Part shown: positions 9,773-19,500 of the stretch, one piece after another
Layout: each line of letters opens with the position of its first letter
How positions within the stretch are numbered: the stretch's first letter is position 1
From: Nanobdellati archaeon
GTDB taxonomy: Archaea > Nanobdellota > Nanobdellia > CSSed11-243R1
Direction of reading: 5' to 3'
Assembly (NCBI GenBank): GCA_027007025.1
Contig: JALTFL010000001.1
Location: forward strand, 248-64,247
Length of the DNA stretch: 64,000 bases
The notes under the pieces: generated by a model
The model's input: only the letters and a program-made list of their open reading frames with translations
Told to the model about the DNA's origin: nothing
Database searches by the model: none
Translations under genes and position numbers: made by a program

Positions 9773-12235
9773 ATGGGAAAAACATTGTTGGAATTTTATC
9801 CGTTTGATATAAAATATGACGACAATGAAGAAAAAATTGTGGTATATGGGTATACAAAAGAAGGGGAGAAAGTTATTGTAGTAGATAATTCTTTCCACCC
9901 CTATTTCTACGCTGTCATCAGTCCAGAAGATAAAGAAAGTGTAATCAACTCAATAAAAAATTTGAAGGTGATTGTCGGTGAAAAAGAGGCACTGATAAAA
10001 AAGATAGAGGAATATCAATCACATCTCGTTGGGAGAGATGTGACAACCCTAAAATTAACATTTAACACATATTCTGAGATGAAACATTTCTTCGAACCAA
10101 TAAAAAGAATAAGTGGCGTTTCAGAATTGTTAGAGACGGACATCCCAATCCACCGCAGGTACCTCATAGATAAAAGATTCAAAATGTTCACACGGGTGAG
10201 AGTAGAAGGAGAAAAAGTCAAGTCTACATCACCCAACACTAATTTTACAATTTTAGCGGATGTAATTGAAGAAACAAACAGCGAGCTCATTGAAAATCCA
10301 AAGATAATGGCAGTAGATATTGAAACATATAATCCAATAGGCAATCCTCGCCCCGAAAAAGACCCTATTTTAATGATATCAATCTCGACAAATTATGGAT
10401 TCAATAAAGTAATATCATGGAAAAAATGTGATGAGATGCAGGACTTCGTTGAGGTTGTCGAGTCAGAGATGGATGTGCTTCTTAGATTTGAGGATATTAT
10501 AAAAAATGAAAACCCACAGATAATCGTTGGGTACAACAGTGACAATTTCGACTTTCCATATATAAACGAAAGAGCAAAAAAGTACAAATTAAACTTAAAG
10601 CTTGGAGTTGATAACTCAAAGTTAAAAATAACTAAACGTGGGATTGGCAAGGCTGCAAAAATTATTGGCATACCACATATAGACCTCTTCATATTCATAA
10701 GAAATATTTTAGGACCCACATTAAAAACTGAAACATATAATCTAAATGCAGTGGCTGATGAATTGATAGGTGAAAAAAAAGTTGAAGGATTCCATTGGAC
10801 TGAAATGTCTAAAATGTGGGACAATGGCGGAGATGATTTAAAAAAAATATTCGAATACTCTATGAAAGATGCAGAAATAACCCTAAAACTCATGGAAAAA
10901 TTATTTAACTTGATTGCCGAAATGACAAAAATTGTTGGGCAAACTCCGTTCGATGTCAGCAGGATGACATATGGACAGTGTGTTGAATGGTTCCTTGCGA
11001 AAAATGCGCATGATTTTAAGGAATTAATACCCCCAAAGCCACTAGGGCACTTCGTTTCAGACAGGCAGGCAAAATCATATGAAGGAGCATATGTACACAA
11101 ACCAGAAGTGGGATTATTTGAGAATATCGTGGTTTATGACTTTCGTTCACTTTATCCAAGTATAATTGTATCATATAATATTTGCCCTACAACATTATTT
11201 TGTGACTGTTGCAAAGTTGGATTTGAAACGCCAGAAATAAATGGGAAAAAGTATAGTTTCTGTAAAGAAAAGAAAGGATTCATACCACAGCTACTTGAAA
11301 ATTTGATAAACAGACGGATAAGGATAAAAGAAATCATAAAAAAACTTCCAAAAAACGATGAAGACTACAAGATTTTATCCGCAAGAAGTTACGCTATAAA
11401 AACAATTGCGAATGCTATGTATGGTTATCTCGGATTCGCTCGGAGCAGGTGGTATTGTTGGGAATGCGCCGCAAGCATAACTGCCCTTGGCAGACATTAC
11501 ATCACAAAAGTGATAAGCGAAGCAGAATCAAAAGGGTTTAGTGTTTTGTATGCTGACACTGATTCTCTATTTATCTCATTAAAAAACAAAAGTTTGGAGG
11601 ACTCTAAAAAATTCATAAAAGAAATCAACTCATCCCTCCCGGAGATGATGGAATTAGATTTTCAAGGATTTTATTCGCGTGGAGTGTTTCTAGCTAAGAA
11701 AAGATACGCCCTCTCAGACACCCTAGGCAACTTAACAATCAAGGGGCTGGAGTGGGTTAGAAGAGATTGGTCAAAGATAGCAAAGGAAACACAAATCGCT
11801 GTCATAAAATCAATTCTTGTCGACGGCTCAAAGGAAAAAGCAATCAGGATAACACGAGACACTATTAAAAAACTAAAAGAAGGAAAGATTCCAATAGATA
11901 AAGTAACAATCTACACCCAACTGACAAGAAAAATAGAAGATTATGAATCAATAGGGCCTCATGTGTCTGCCGCGATAAAGGCAAAAGAGAAAGGGTACAC
12001 ATTCGAACCGGGGCAGATAATAAAGTATATAATTGTCAAAGGAAGTGGGAGCATATCTGACAAGGCGTTCATACTTGAAGACGTGCTCGACAGGAAGTTA
12101 GAATACGACCCAGAATATTACATAAACAACCAAGTAATACCCGCAGTTGAAAAGATATTTGAAGCAGTAGGTATTAGCAAAGATGAGTTGCTTGGTAAGG
12201 TCCAAACGAAACTTGGAGGATTTTTTGGTGATTGA
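9773..12235 (+). CDS. polB: Family B DNA polymerase
   Basis: DIET, YNSDNFDFPY, DFRSLYPS, K..ANAMYGY, YADTDS; C-terminal PIP box QTKLGGFF; no intein. Confidence 0.97.
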   Translation: MGKTLLEFYPFDIKYDDNEEKIVVYGYTKEGEKVIVVDNSFHPYFYAVISPEDKESVINSIKNLKVIVGEKEALIKKIEEYQSHLVGRDVTTLKLTFNTYSEMKHFFEPIKRISGVSELLETDIPIHRRYLIDKRFKMFTRVRVEGEKVKSTSPNTNFTILADVIEETNSELIENPKIMAVDIETYNPIGNPRPEKDPILMISISTNYGFNKVISWKKCDEMQDFVEVVESEMDVLLRFEDIIKNENPQIIVGYNSDNFDFPYINERAKKYKLNLKLGVDNSKLKITKRGIGKAAKIIGIPHIDLFIFIRNILGPTLKTETYNLNAVADELIGEKKVEGFHWTEMSKMWDNGGDDLKKIFEYSMKDAEITLKLMEKLFNLIAEMTKIVGQTPFDVSRMTYGQCVEWFLAKNAHDFKELIPPKPLGHFVSDRQAKSYEGAYVHKPEVGLFENIVVYDFRSLYPSIIVSYNICPTTLFCDCCKVGFETPEINGKKYSFCKEKKGFIPQLLENLINRRIRIKEIIKKLPKNDEDYKILSARSYAIKTIANAMYGYLGFARSRWYCWECAASITALGRHYITKVISEAESKGFSVLYADTDSLFISLKNKSLEDSKKFIKEINSSLPEMMELDFQGFYSRGVFLAKKRYALSDTLGNLTIKGLEWVRRDWSKIAKETQIAVIKSILVDGSKEKAIRITRDTIKKLKEGKIPIDKVTIYTQLTRKIEDYESIGPHVSAAIKAKEKGYTFEPGQIIKYIIVKGSGSISDKAFILEDVLDRKLEYDPEYYINNQVIPAVEKIFEAVGISKDELLGKVQTKLGGFFGD

Positions 12236-12236
12236 A

Positions 12237-13142
12237 ATGGAAGAAAAAATGGATGAAAAAACAATTGAAAAATACAAAAAGGCAGGAGATATTGCGAAAA
12301 AAGTTCATGCTCTCGCAAGAGAAATAATCAAACCAAATGTTAAAGCGCTGGATGTTGCTGAAAAACTGGAAAATGAGATAATAAAACTCGGTGGTTTTCC
12401 GGCGTGGCCCATGAATATTTCCATAAACGAAATAGCAGCCCACTGGACTCCTTCAATGAACGACGAGACTGTCTTCAAAAAGGGTGATGTCGTGAAAGTG
12501 GATGTCGGCGTGCATGTTGACGGATTCATAGCAGACACCGCAAGGACGATTGAAGTCGGAGACACCAAATGGAATGACTTGATTAAGGCAAGTGAGGAAG
12601 CAGTCAGGGCAGCCATTGACATCGCGAAGCCCGGCATTGAAGTTTCAAAGATAGGTGCTGTAGTTGAAGATACAATCAAAAGTAAAGGATTTAACCCAAT
12701 CGCAAACTTAACTGGACATGGATTGCAAGAATATGAGAATCACACCCCTCCAACTATCCCGAACTTTGACAATAAAAGTAATGTGAAATTGGAAAAGGGG
12801 ATGGCAATTGCAATTGAGCCTTTCGTAACAAATGGAATTGGCAGAGTGGTAGACGCATTCAACTCAGAAATATATATGCTCGAAAATCCAAAGCCTGTGA
12901 GGAACGCAACTGCAAGAAAAATTTTGAATATTGTCATGGACAAGTATAAGACGCTACCATTTGGGAAAAGGTGGCTCGCGAAAGAAGTTAGCGGATTCGG
13001 ACTGGAGATTGCATTAAGGGAACTCGTGAGAAATGGTTCACTCCACAATTTTTCAGTATTGAAAGAAGAAAGCAATGGGATGGTAGCCCAAACAGAGCAC
13101 ACACTTCTTATGCTGGATGAACCTATTGTAACTACACTTTAG
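12237..13142 (+). CDS. map: Type II methionine aminopeptidase
   Basis: AAHWTP, KVDVGVHVDGFIADTA, NLTGH, AIEPF, AQTEHT; start at ATG 12237 behind GGTGA. Confidence 0.95.
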   Translation: MEEKMDEKTIEKYKKAGDIAKKVHALAREIIKPNVKALDVAEKLENEIIKLGGFPAWPMNISINEIAAHWTPSMNDETVFKKGDVVKVDVGVHVDGFIADTARTIEVGDTKWNDLIKASEEAVRAAIDIAKPGIEVSKIGAVVEDTIKSKGFNPIANLTGHGLQEYENHTPPTIPNFDNKSNVKLEKGMAIAIEPFVTNGIGRVVDAFNSEIYMLENPKPVRNATARKILNIVMDKYKTLPFGKRWLAKEVSGFGLEIALRELVRNGSLHNFSVLKEESNGMVAQTEHTLLMLDEPIVTTL

Positions 13143-13809
13143 AATTTCCAGAATAGAAAAAGCTTAACAGCAATTCAACAAAGAATGAACTATTTGTCCA
13201 CACCCCGTGTAATATATCAAGGTTATCATTCGACAAAACAAAAACTATTGCTTCTTTTTTATCAACAACAATAAAATTGCTTCGTATCTTTTTTTTAGGA
13301 AACTTAATCTTTACTTTAACGCCTTTTTTTGATAGTTTATTCAATAAGTTATTCACTTTTTCAACTTTCGTAACGCACTTATCTGAAGAATATACCAAAA
13401 CCTCTTTTTTCGCAGAAACCATGGTCTGCTTAAGTTTATCCAAAATATGCATCCCCTTTATCAGCACAAATCCTCCTTTTTTAACACTTGTAGATTTGTC
13501 ATTAAATTCGTCCAACAACAGGTGTTTAATTTTGTTTATTTTTTTAATCTCATTCTCTTTAACACTTTGCATGACTTTATTTGGGTTAACTGCCGTAAAT
13601 TTCATTGGACGGGAGAGAACTGTTTCAACAAACCCTTTTTTTTCAAGTGTGGAAAGAACCTCATAAATTTTACCATAAGGAATATTGCATATAGTGCTAA
13701 CATCCTTCGCGCTTGCAGTTCCAAGTGTCGCCAGTGTTGTATAAACCTTGGATTCATATTGTGTTAACCCAATTGAATTAAGCAAAGCCATTATATCAGT
13801 GCGTGCCAT
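13132..13809 (-). CDS. TrmB family transcriptional regulator
   Basis: GLTQYESKVY..L, IPYGKIYEVLSTLEKKGFV, RPMKFTAVNP wHTH. Confidence 0.9.
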   Translation of the reverse strand: MARTDIMALLNSIGLTQYESKVYTTLATLGTASAKDVSTICNIPYGKIYEVLSTLEKKGFVETVLSRPMKFTAVNPNKVMQSVKENEIKKINKIKHLLLDEFNDKSTSVKKGGFVLIKGMHILDKLKQTMVSAKKEVLVYSSDKCVTKVEKVNNLLNKLSKKGVKVKIKFPKKKIRSNFIVVDKKEAIVFVLSNDNLDILHGVWTNSSFFVELLLSFFYSGNSKV

Positions 13810-13894
13810 GTATTATACTACACATTCTTTATGTATAAATGGCAATGGAAACAAAACGCGAAAAAGTATCATATGGTTATCCCCCATGGGAGGA

Positions 13895-15964
13895 TTACTT
13901 TTTCTTACCCCAATTTTCTTTTGTCTTGCATTTCGGGTCAAGACACATTGTAAATGGGCGCTTTCCCTTTCTTATGACCTTAACGATTGGCGTATGGCAA
14001 TAAGGACAAATTTTACCAGTATTGATTATCTTAGCCCCGCCAGGAAGCGGATAAATATTGTTACATTTCGGATAATTAGTGCACCCCACAAACTTCTTTT
14101 TTGTTTTAGGAGAATATAAAATCTTTAACTGCCCAGTCTTGCACTTTGGACATGTCCCGAGCAAACTTTGTTCTTCCTGTGTGTCAAGAATCGCTTTTTC
14201 TATCTTCGGCCCGATTTTTTTCTCATTTTCCTTAAATTCTTTTGATATCTTTTTAATTACCTTAACTGCATCTTTTATGACTTTCTCGCGCTTTATTTTC
14301 CCTTTCTCTACTTTCTCCATTTCATTCTCGAATTCCCTAGTGAGGTTTTCCGATGTTAAGTCCGGAACATTTTCAGCAAGAGCTTTCCCGACAGCCATGC
14401 CCAACTTTGTAACTTTTATACTTTTGTCTTCAATATACCCCCTATCATAAAGGGTCTGTAATATTGACGCCCTGGTTGCCTTTGTGCCAAGATTAACCTT
14501 TTCGAGCTCCTTAACAATTGAACCTTGTGAGTATCTGCTTGGGGGTTGTGTCTCCTTTTCAACAAGCTCAATTTTTTTGACCTTAAAATTGTCACCCTTT
14601 TCAATTTTTGGAAATTCTGCCTCTTCAAGCTTTGAGTATGACCCATAATAATTCATCCAATTCTTCTCCAATGTCTTTGAGCCCGTCGCCACAAATTCTT
14701 CCTTGCCTATGTCAAAAACAACTTTTGTGGATTCTCGTATTGCAGGTTCTCCAAATACTGCGAGAAATCTTCTGACTATTAAATCATAAAGCTTTTTTTC
14801 ATCTGCACGCAGAGTGGAAATATCTGGCACTTCTTTTGTCGGGTAAATAGCAGGGTGCGCGGGGTCATCCTTTTTTCCTTCTTTCGGGACAAGTTCTTTT
14901 TTTGAAAGAAGTTCTTTAGCAATTTTCTCATATTTTTTAATCTTAGCAAGATTTTTCAAAATAGAGTTATAACCTATTTGTTTCGGAAGCTTCTGAGAGG
15001 ATGTTCTCGGGTATGAGATATATCCTTTTGTGTATAAATTTTGAGCAATGTCAGATGTTCGCTTTGGAGAATACCCAAAATACCTGTATGCCTCCGTTTG
15101 GAGAGATGTCAAGTCAAACGGATTAGGTGGGTCTTTTTTTGTTTTAGTTCTTTTCATCAGCGTGACTACAGCGTCTTCCCTGTCAGCATTTTCATAAGCA
15201 GAGTCAACTTCTCTCTTCTTCCAAAACTTTGTCTTTTTGTGATGAGCAACAACCATGGGTTTTGTTTTTATCTCCGCGTAAAGTTCCCAATATGGCTTCG
15301 GCTTGAACGCAGCGATTTCCTTTTCGCGCTTTATCAAAAAGTAAAGCATCGGTGTCTGGACTCTTCCGGCAGACAAAAGGTAATGATGAAGTTTTTTCCC
15401 ATGATGTTTTATTGACAATGTGAGTGCCCTTGAAACATTTACCCCCCAAAGAAAATCAAGAGAGTGCCTTGTGAGTCCAGATTCTACTCTCCCAAAATCG
15501 AGATGCTTTTGTATTTTCTCAAATGAATTGATTAAATCTTCTTTTGTCAATGTGGAAAATTTCATTCTCTTTGCGTCTTTCTTATTGAACAAAAATCTAA
15601 GAATGTTGTAGCCTATCACGCTTCCTTCCTCATCAAAATCTGTTGCAACTATAAAATCTTTGACACCCTTTGATGCTTCCTTGAAGGTATCATAATATTT
15701 TTTTGTGTACTCTGCTTTTTTATTCGCTACAAAAACCGGCACCCATTCCATATCAAATATTGGATATTCCCAACCTTTTTTTGTGTCTTTTAACGCGAAA
15801 ATATGACCAACTGCCGGGACTGCTACATAAGTGTGTTTTTTTATGTTAAACTCGTAATAATCTACTCCTTCACTTGACTTTTTTACTGCCAACTTTCCCT
15901 GTGAAAGAGCAGTAGCTATCTTTTTTGCCGCTGTTGGTTTTTCACATATGATTAAAGTTTTCAT
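13895..15964 (-). CDS. topA: DNA topoisomerase I (type IA)
   Basis: ICEKP, ATDFDEEG, SAGRVQTP, ISYPRT, GTKATR; C-terminal Zn ribbons. Confidence 0.96.
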   Translation of the reverse strand: MKTLIICEKPTAAKKIATALSQGKLAVKKSSEGVDYYEFNIKKHTYVAVPAVGHIFALKDTKKGWEYPIFDMEWVPVFVANKKAEYTKKYYDTFKEASKGVKDFIVATDFDEEGSVIGYNILRFLFNKKDAKRMKFSTLTKEDLINSFEKIQKHLDFGRVESGLTRHSLDFLWGVNVSRALTLSIKHHGKKLHHYLLSAGRVQTPMLYFLIKREKEIAAFKPKPYWELYAEIKTKPMVVAHHKKTKFWKKREVDSAYENADREDAVVTLMKRTKTKKDPPNPFDLTSLQTEAYRYFGYSPKRTSDIAQNLYTKGYISYPRTSSQKLPKQIGYNSILKNLAKIKKYEKIAKELLSKKELVPKEGKKDDPAHPAIYPTKEVPDISTLRADEKKLYDLIVRRFLAVFGEPAIRESTKVVFDIGKEEFVATGSKTLEKNWMNYYGSYSKLEEAEFPKIEKGDNFKVKKIELVEKETQPPSRYSQGSIVKELEKVNLGTKATRASILQTLYDRGYIEDKSIKVTKLGMAVGKALAENVPDLTSENLTREFENEMEKVEKGKIKREKVIKDAVKVIKKISKEFKENEKKIGPKIEKAILDTQEEQSLLGTCPKCKTGQLKILYSPKTKKKFVGCTNYPKCNNIYPLPGGAKIINTGKICPYCHTPIVKVIRKGKRPFTMCLDPKCKTKENWGKKK

Positions 15965-16515
15965 TTGAACCTGAACTCCTTTATTACCCCATAAGTTGGA
16001 CCCTGCTTCGAGAGCTTGCTTTCAAAAAGTGACATCGATAATGCTGTAAATGAACCAAATTCTTTTTTGTAATTCTCTCTTATCTTGTCAAGGAACATCT
16101 CTTTATTTCTTGGATTCCTTATTCTTGCTAAAGTTACGTGTGGTGTGAACCTGCGCTCGTCTTTTGGTATGCCAAGCTCCTCAAGTTTAGCCTCAACTAT
16201 AGTATGTAATTGTCTCAACCCTTCTGATTGGGCGCCCGCCCACAATACTCTAACAAATTCTTCACTTGGAAAGATGCCAACTCCCTGAACATCTACCTCA
16301 AAAAGACGAGTGGATTTAACTAAATCATTCAACACATCCAAAATATCCTTTAATTTCTTATCAGAGATATTACCAAAAAATTTTATGTTAATATGAAAAT
16401 TTTCTTCTTCAACAAATTTCGCGTCAATATCTAATTTTTTAATTTCATTTTGGAAACGAGACAGCTTCTGCGAGATTTCATCAGGAATTTTAATTGCTAA
16501 AAAAACTCTTTTCAA
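15961..16515 (-). CDS. thpR: RNA 2',3'-cyclic phosphodiesterase (2H family)
   Basis: R.FLAI, FHINIKF and PHVTLAR 2H motifs, S.L...GPTY; TTG start overlapping upstream stop. Confidence 0.9.
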   Translation of the reverse strand: MKRVFLAIKIPDEISQKLSRFQNEIKKLDIDAKFVEEENFHINIKFFGNISDKKLKDILDVLNDLVKSTRLFEVDVQGVGIFPSEEFVRVLWAGAQSEGLRQLHTIVEAKLEELGIPKDERRFTPHVTLARIRNPRNKEMFLDKIRENYKKEFGSFTALSMSLFESKLSKQGPTYGVIKEFRFK

Positions 16516-19500
16516 TAATTCTCCCTCCTATACATCTGAAATGCTAAAAACCCAACGACGACAATAACGACAACACCAATCACAATGTAAACAGTATTGC
16601 TTTGAGTTCCAGCATGGGTTACTTCAGTTATATTATTGGAGGTATTACCCTCCGTATTATAAATTGGAAGCTCACTTAAACACAATCCACAATCTGCCTC
16701 ACAAGTGGAACAATTTTCTCCAACTGTCTGGTTGCATATGCCGTTCCCACAGTATTCAACCAACTTAACCGATGTTACTGCGAATGCTGAAAGATGGTTT
16801 ATATCTATGGCATAAAGGTAATTATCCCCAGAAGTTCCTTTGTATGATGTAAATTCTGGAACCCATGAATTATTATAATAATGATACACGGTTACATTGT
16901 TAGGGTTATAACCATTGCTGATGAACCAACTAACAGGTACTCTTAAATCAACATGCATTGAACTAATTTCACTATCAAAATTTGTGGACACCGTGAAGTA
17001 CTGGTAAATAACACCTGGCGCGCCAGGAATTCCAAACGGCGGTGTGTCTCCACTTGATTTCACTGTGAGCTGAGCATTGGTAGTTAAGTTACTTAGATAT
17101 AACTTTATCATATCAACCGCTATGGCCGAACTTTTCACGTCTACATCAATCTCTTTGTTTGGTTCCAAGCTCTGCCAAAAGAATACCTCACTTACAACTT
17201 CGTTATTCTGTTGTGTGGTGTTCCCACCGCTGGCTCCAGCTTCATTATTTTCATTGCCCGACTCCCCTGCTGATGTAGTAAAGTTGTAACAAGTTGAGTT
17301 ATAGACGTTTCCCTGATAATCCTCAGCGATAATCTGGTAATAATATGTATACGAAGATGACAAACCGCTAAAGTATGCGGAGTGAGTAGTTCCCCAGTCA
17401 GTATTTTTTGATTCCCTCAAATCTGAACAATCTGATTTTCTATACAAATACACTGTTGATTTAGCATACTCGTCCGTCTTAAAATGAATTGTTGCCGATG
17501 AATTTGATTTACTAACATAAACTCCATTTAAACTTGGTGGTGTGTCATCATAGATGGTAAATTCACGATAGCTTGAGTTATAATTGCCACTCGAGTCAAC
17601 ACAATAAACTGTTATGTTGTGGTTTCCGTTCTTAAGTGGGCCAAGAGTTGATATAAAATACTCATTTGATTTGTTAAGAGAAACATTCGATGCACCATCA
17701 AGGGAGTAGGTACATGTCTCAACGTCATGGGATGAACTCACGTTGGTGTTTACAAAACAAGATGTGTAAACTTTATCCTCTGGAGAGCTAATTATGACAT
17801 CCGGGGGTGTTGTGTCATTCACCACAACAAGTGTCGAAAATCTATTTACATAAACTGTTGTTTCTGTTGACGAGTCAGTATAACAGTCAACATTGTTAGT
17901 TGTGCACGCGTTTAGTTTAACACAAGATGAAAAATCATCTGGAATCCCCCTACCACAAGAGTAAACACCATCATATCCTGAAGAATTAGGGGAGAAAGTA
18001 ATCTTCGCGTAGTCAGCATTTAAAAGATCCGTGCAGTTATTTTCTTCACAAATTTTGTCTTTAATCAGATTCTTGTCCAGGTATAGTGTCAAATAAGGCG
18101 TCATCCCATAATTTGAGGTTATGTTATTCAACTGCGAATCATTTTCTTTAAATGCAAAGTTGTAATCCCACCACACATTTGTCCCATTGACATCAACTAA
18201 TGTCACATTAAAGCTTGTCGAGTTCAAAGTGATGTTAAATGTTTGATTGTTCCAAACAGATGCTCCGTTTGGATAAATCGCCGACGCATTTGTTTCCGCT
18301 ATCCACTTTGTCGTGTTCATCTGTGAGATTTCATAAAATTCTTTCGTGTGATTGATTAAATTCCCTGAAGTATCGTTAGCGTAAACAACAAAATAGTTCC
18401 AACCCGGATAATTAAGTGTAACAGCGGTGTTGTTCACAACAGGCGTCATGCTTCCATAAAACAAAGTCGTGTTGCTTCCGCCATTTAGATTATACCACAC
18501 ACTACTTACATTCGTGTCATCTGAAACAGTAATGTTAAGCCAAGGAGTAGTTGTGTTTTGGGGGTATGATGAGTTAATGGTTATGCTTGGGTACGTCGCG
18601 TCTACTGTCAAGTTTTTAACAACAACAGATGTTGAATTTCCGAGAGAGTTAACCGCAGTTATCGTTAAGTTATACATACCTGAAGGGAGGTTAACTGTTG
18701 GGATGGTTGTATCCCAATAATTCGTGGCTTCGACTTTCGATAAATTTCCGCTTCTTAAAACGCTACCAGTACTATTTGTCAATTGATAACCAACAGTGGA
18801 AACCAAAGATGTGTTACAAAATGCGGATATATTGACATGCACTCCAGAAACACTTAATGATTGTCCATCTATTGGAGAATAAACTTTTAAGTCTGGGACA
18901 ACATTTTGAGGTACAATAGATATGCTATCTGTTGCACTCTTAACATCTCCTAAGATATCACTGTCTAACTTCACAAAGAAATCCCAAGTTGTATTCATCT
19001 GCCCGCTAGCATTGATTACCCATGTGACTAAACAATAATCTCCATCCTGCATATTTTGAAGACAACTTAGATTAGAAGAATAAATAGGATTTTGGCTGGT
19101 GTTGGTATACTGTGGATGTGTTGTCGTGAAAAATGGCGACCCAGAATCCATTGGAACAATACCTTTATATTTCAATCCTAATACAGACGCGTAAACATCA
19201 ATCCTCGGAAATGTCAAACCACTTCCAACACTCTTCCTTTTATCTGTTACATTAACGCCATAATCTTTAAGGTATTTTAAAGCGGCATCCTTGTCAAGAT
19301 TTGAGCCCATTCTCATCTTGTTGTACTGATCCATCAATAGAATTGCTCCAGCGACATGTGGCGCAGCCATTGATGTTCCAGAAAGATAGCACCAATCAGA
19401 ATTTGAATAACATCCCAATTCAGGACTGGAATTATAAATCATAGTAGAATAGATATTTGTTCCAGGGGCAAGCACATCCAAAATTGGAGCGACATTTGAG

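Noticed and set aside
9735-9857. N-terminal extension of RqcH overlapping polB (likewise the map, DP2 and valS extensions)
   Set aside because: Conserved domains start at downstream ATGs; the extensions overlap neighbouring genes or promoters
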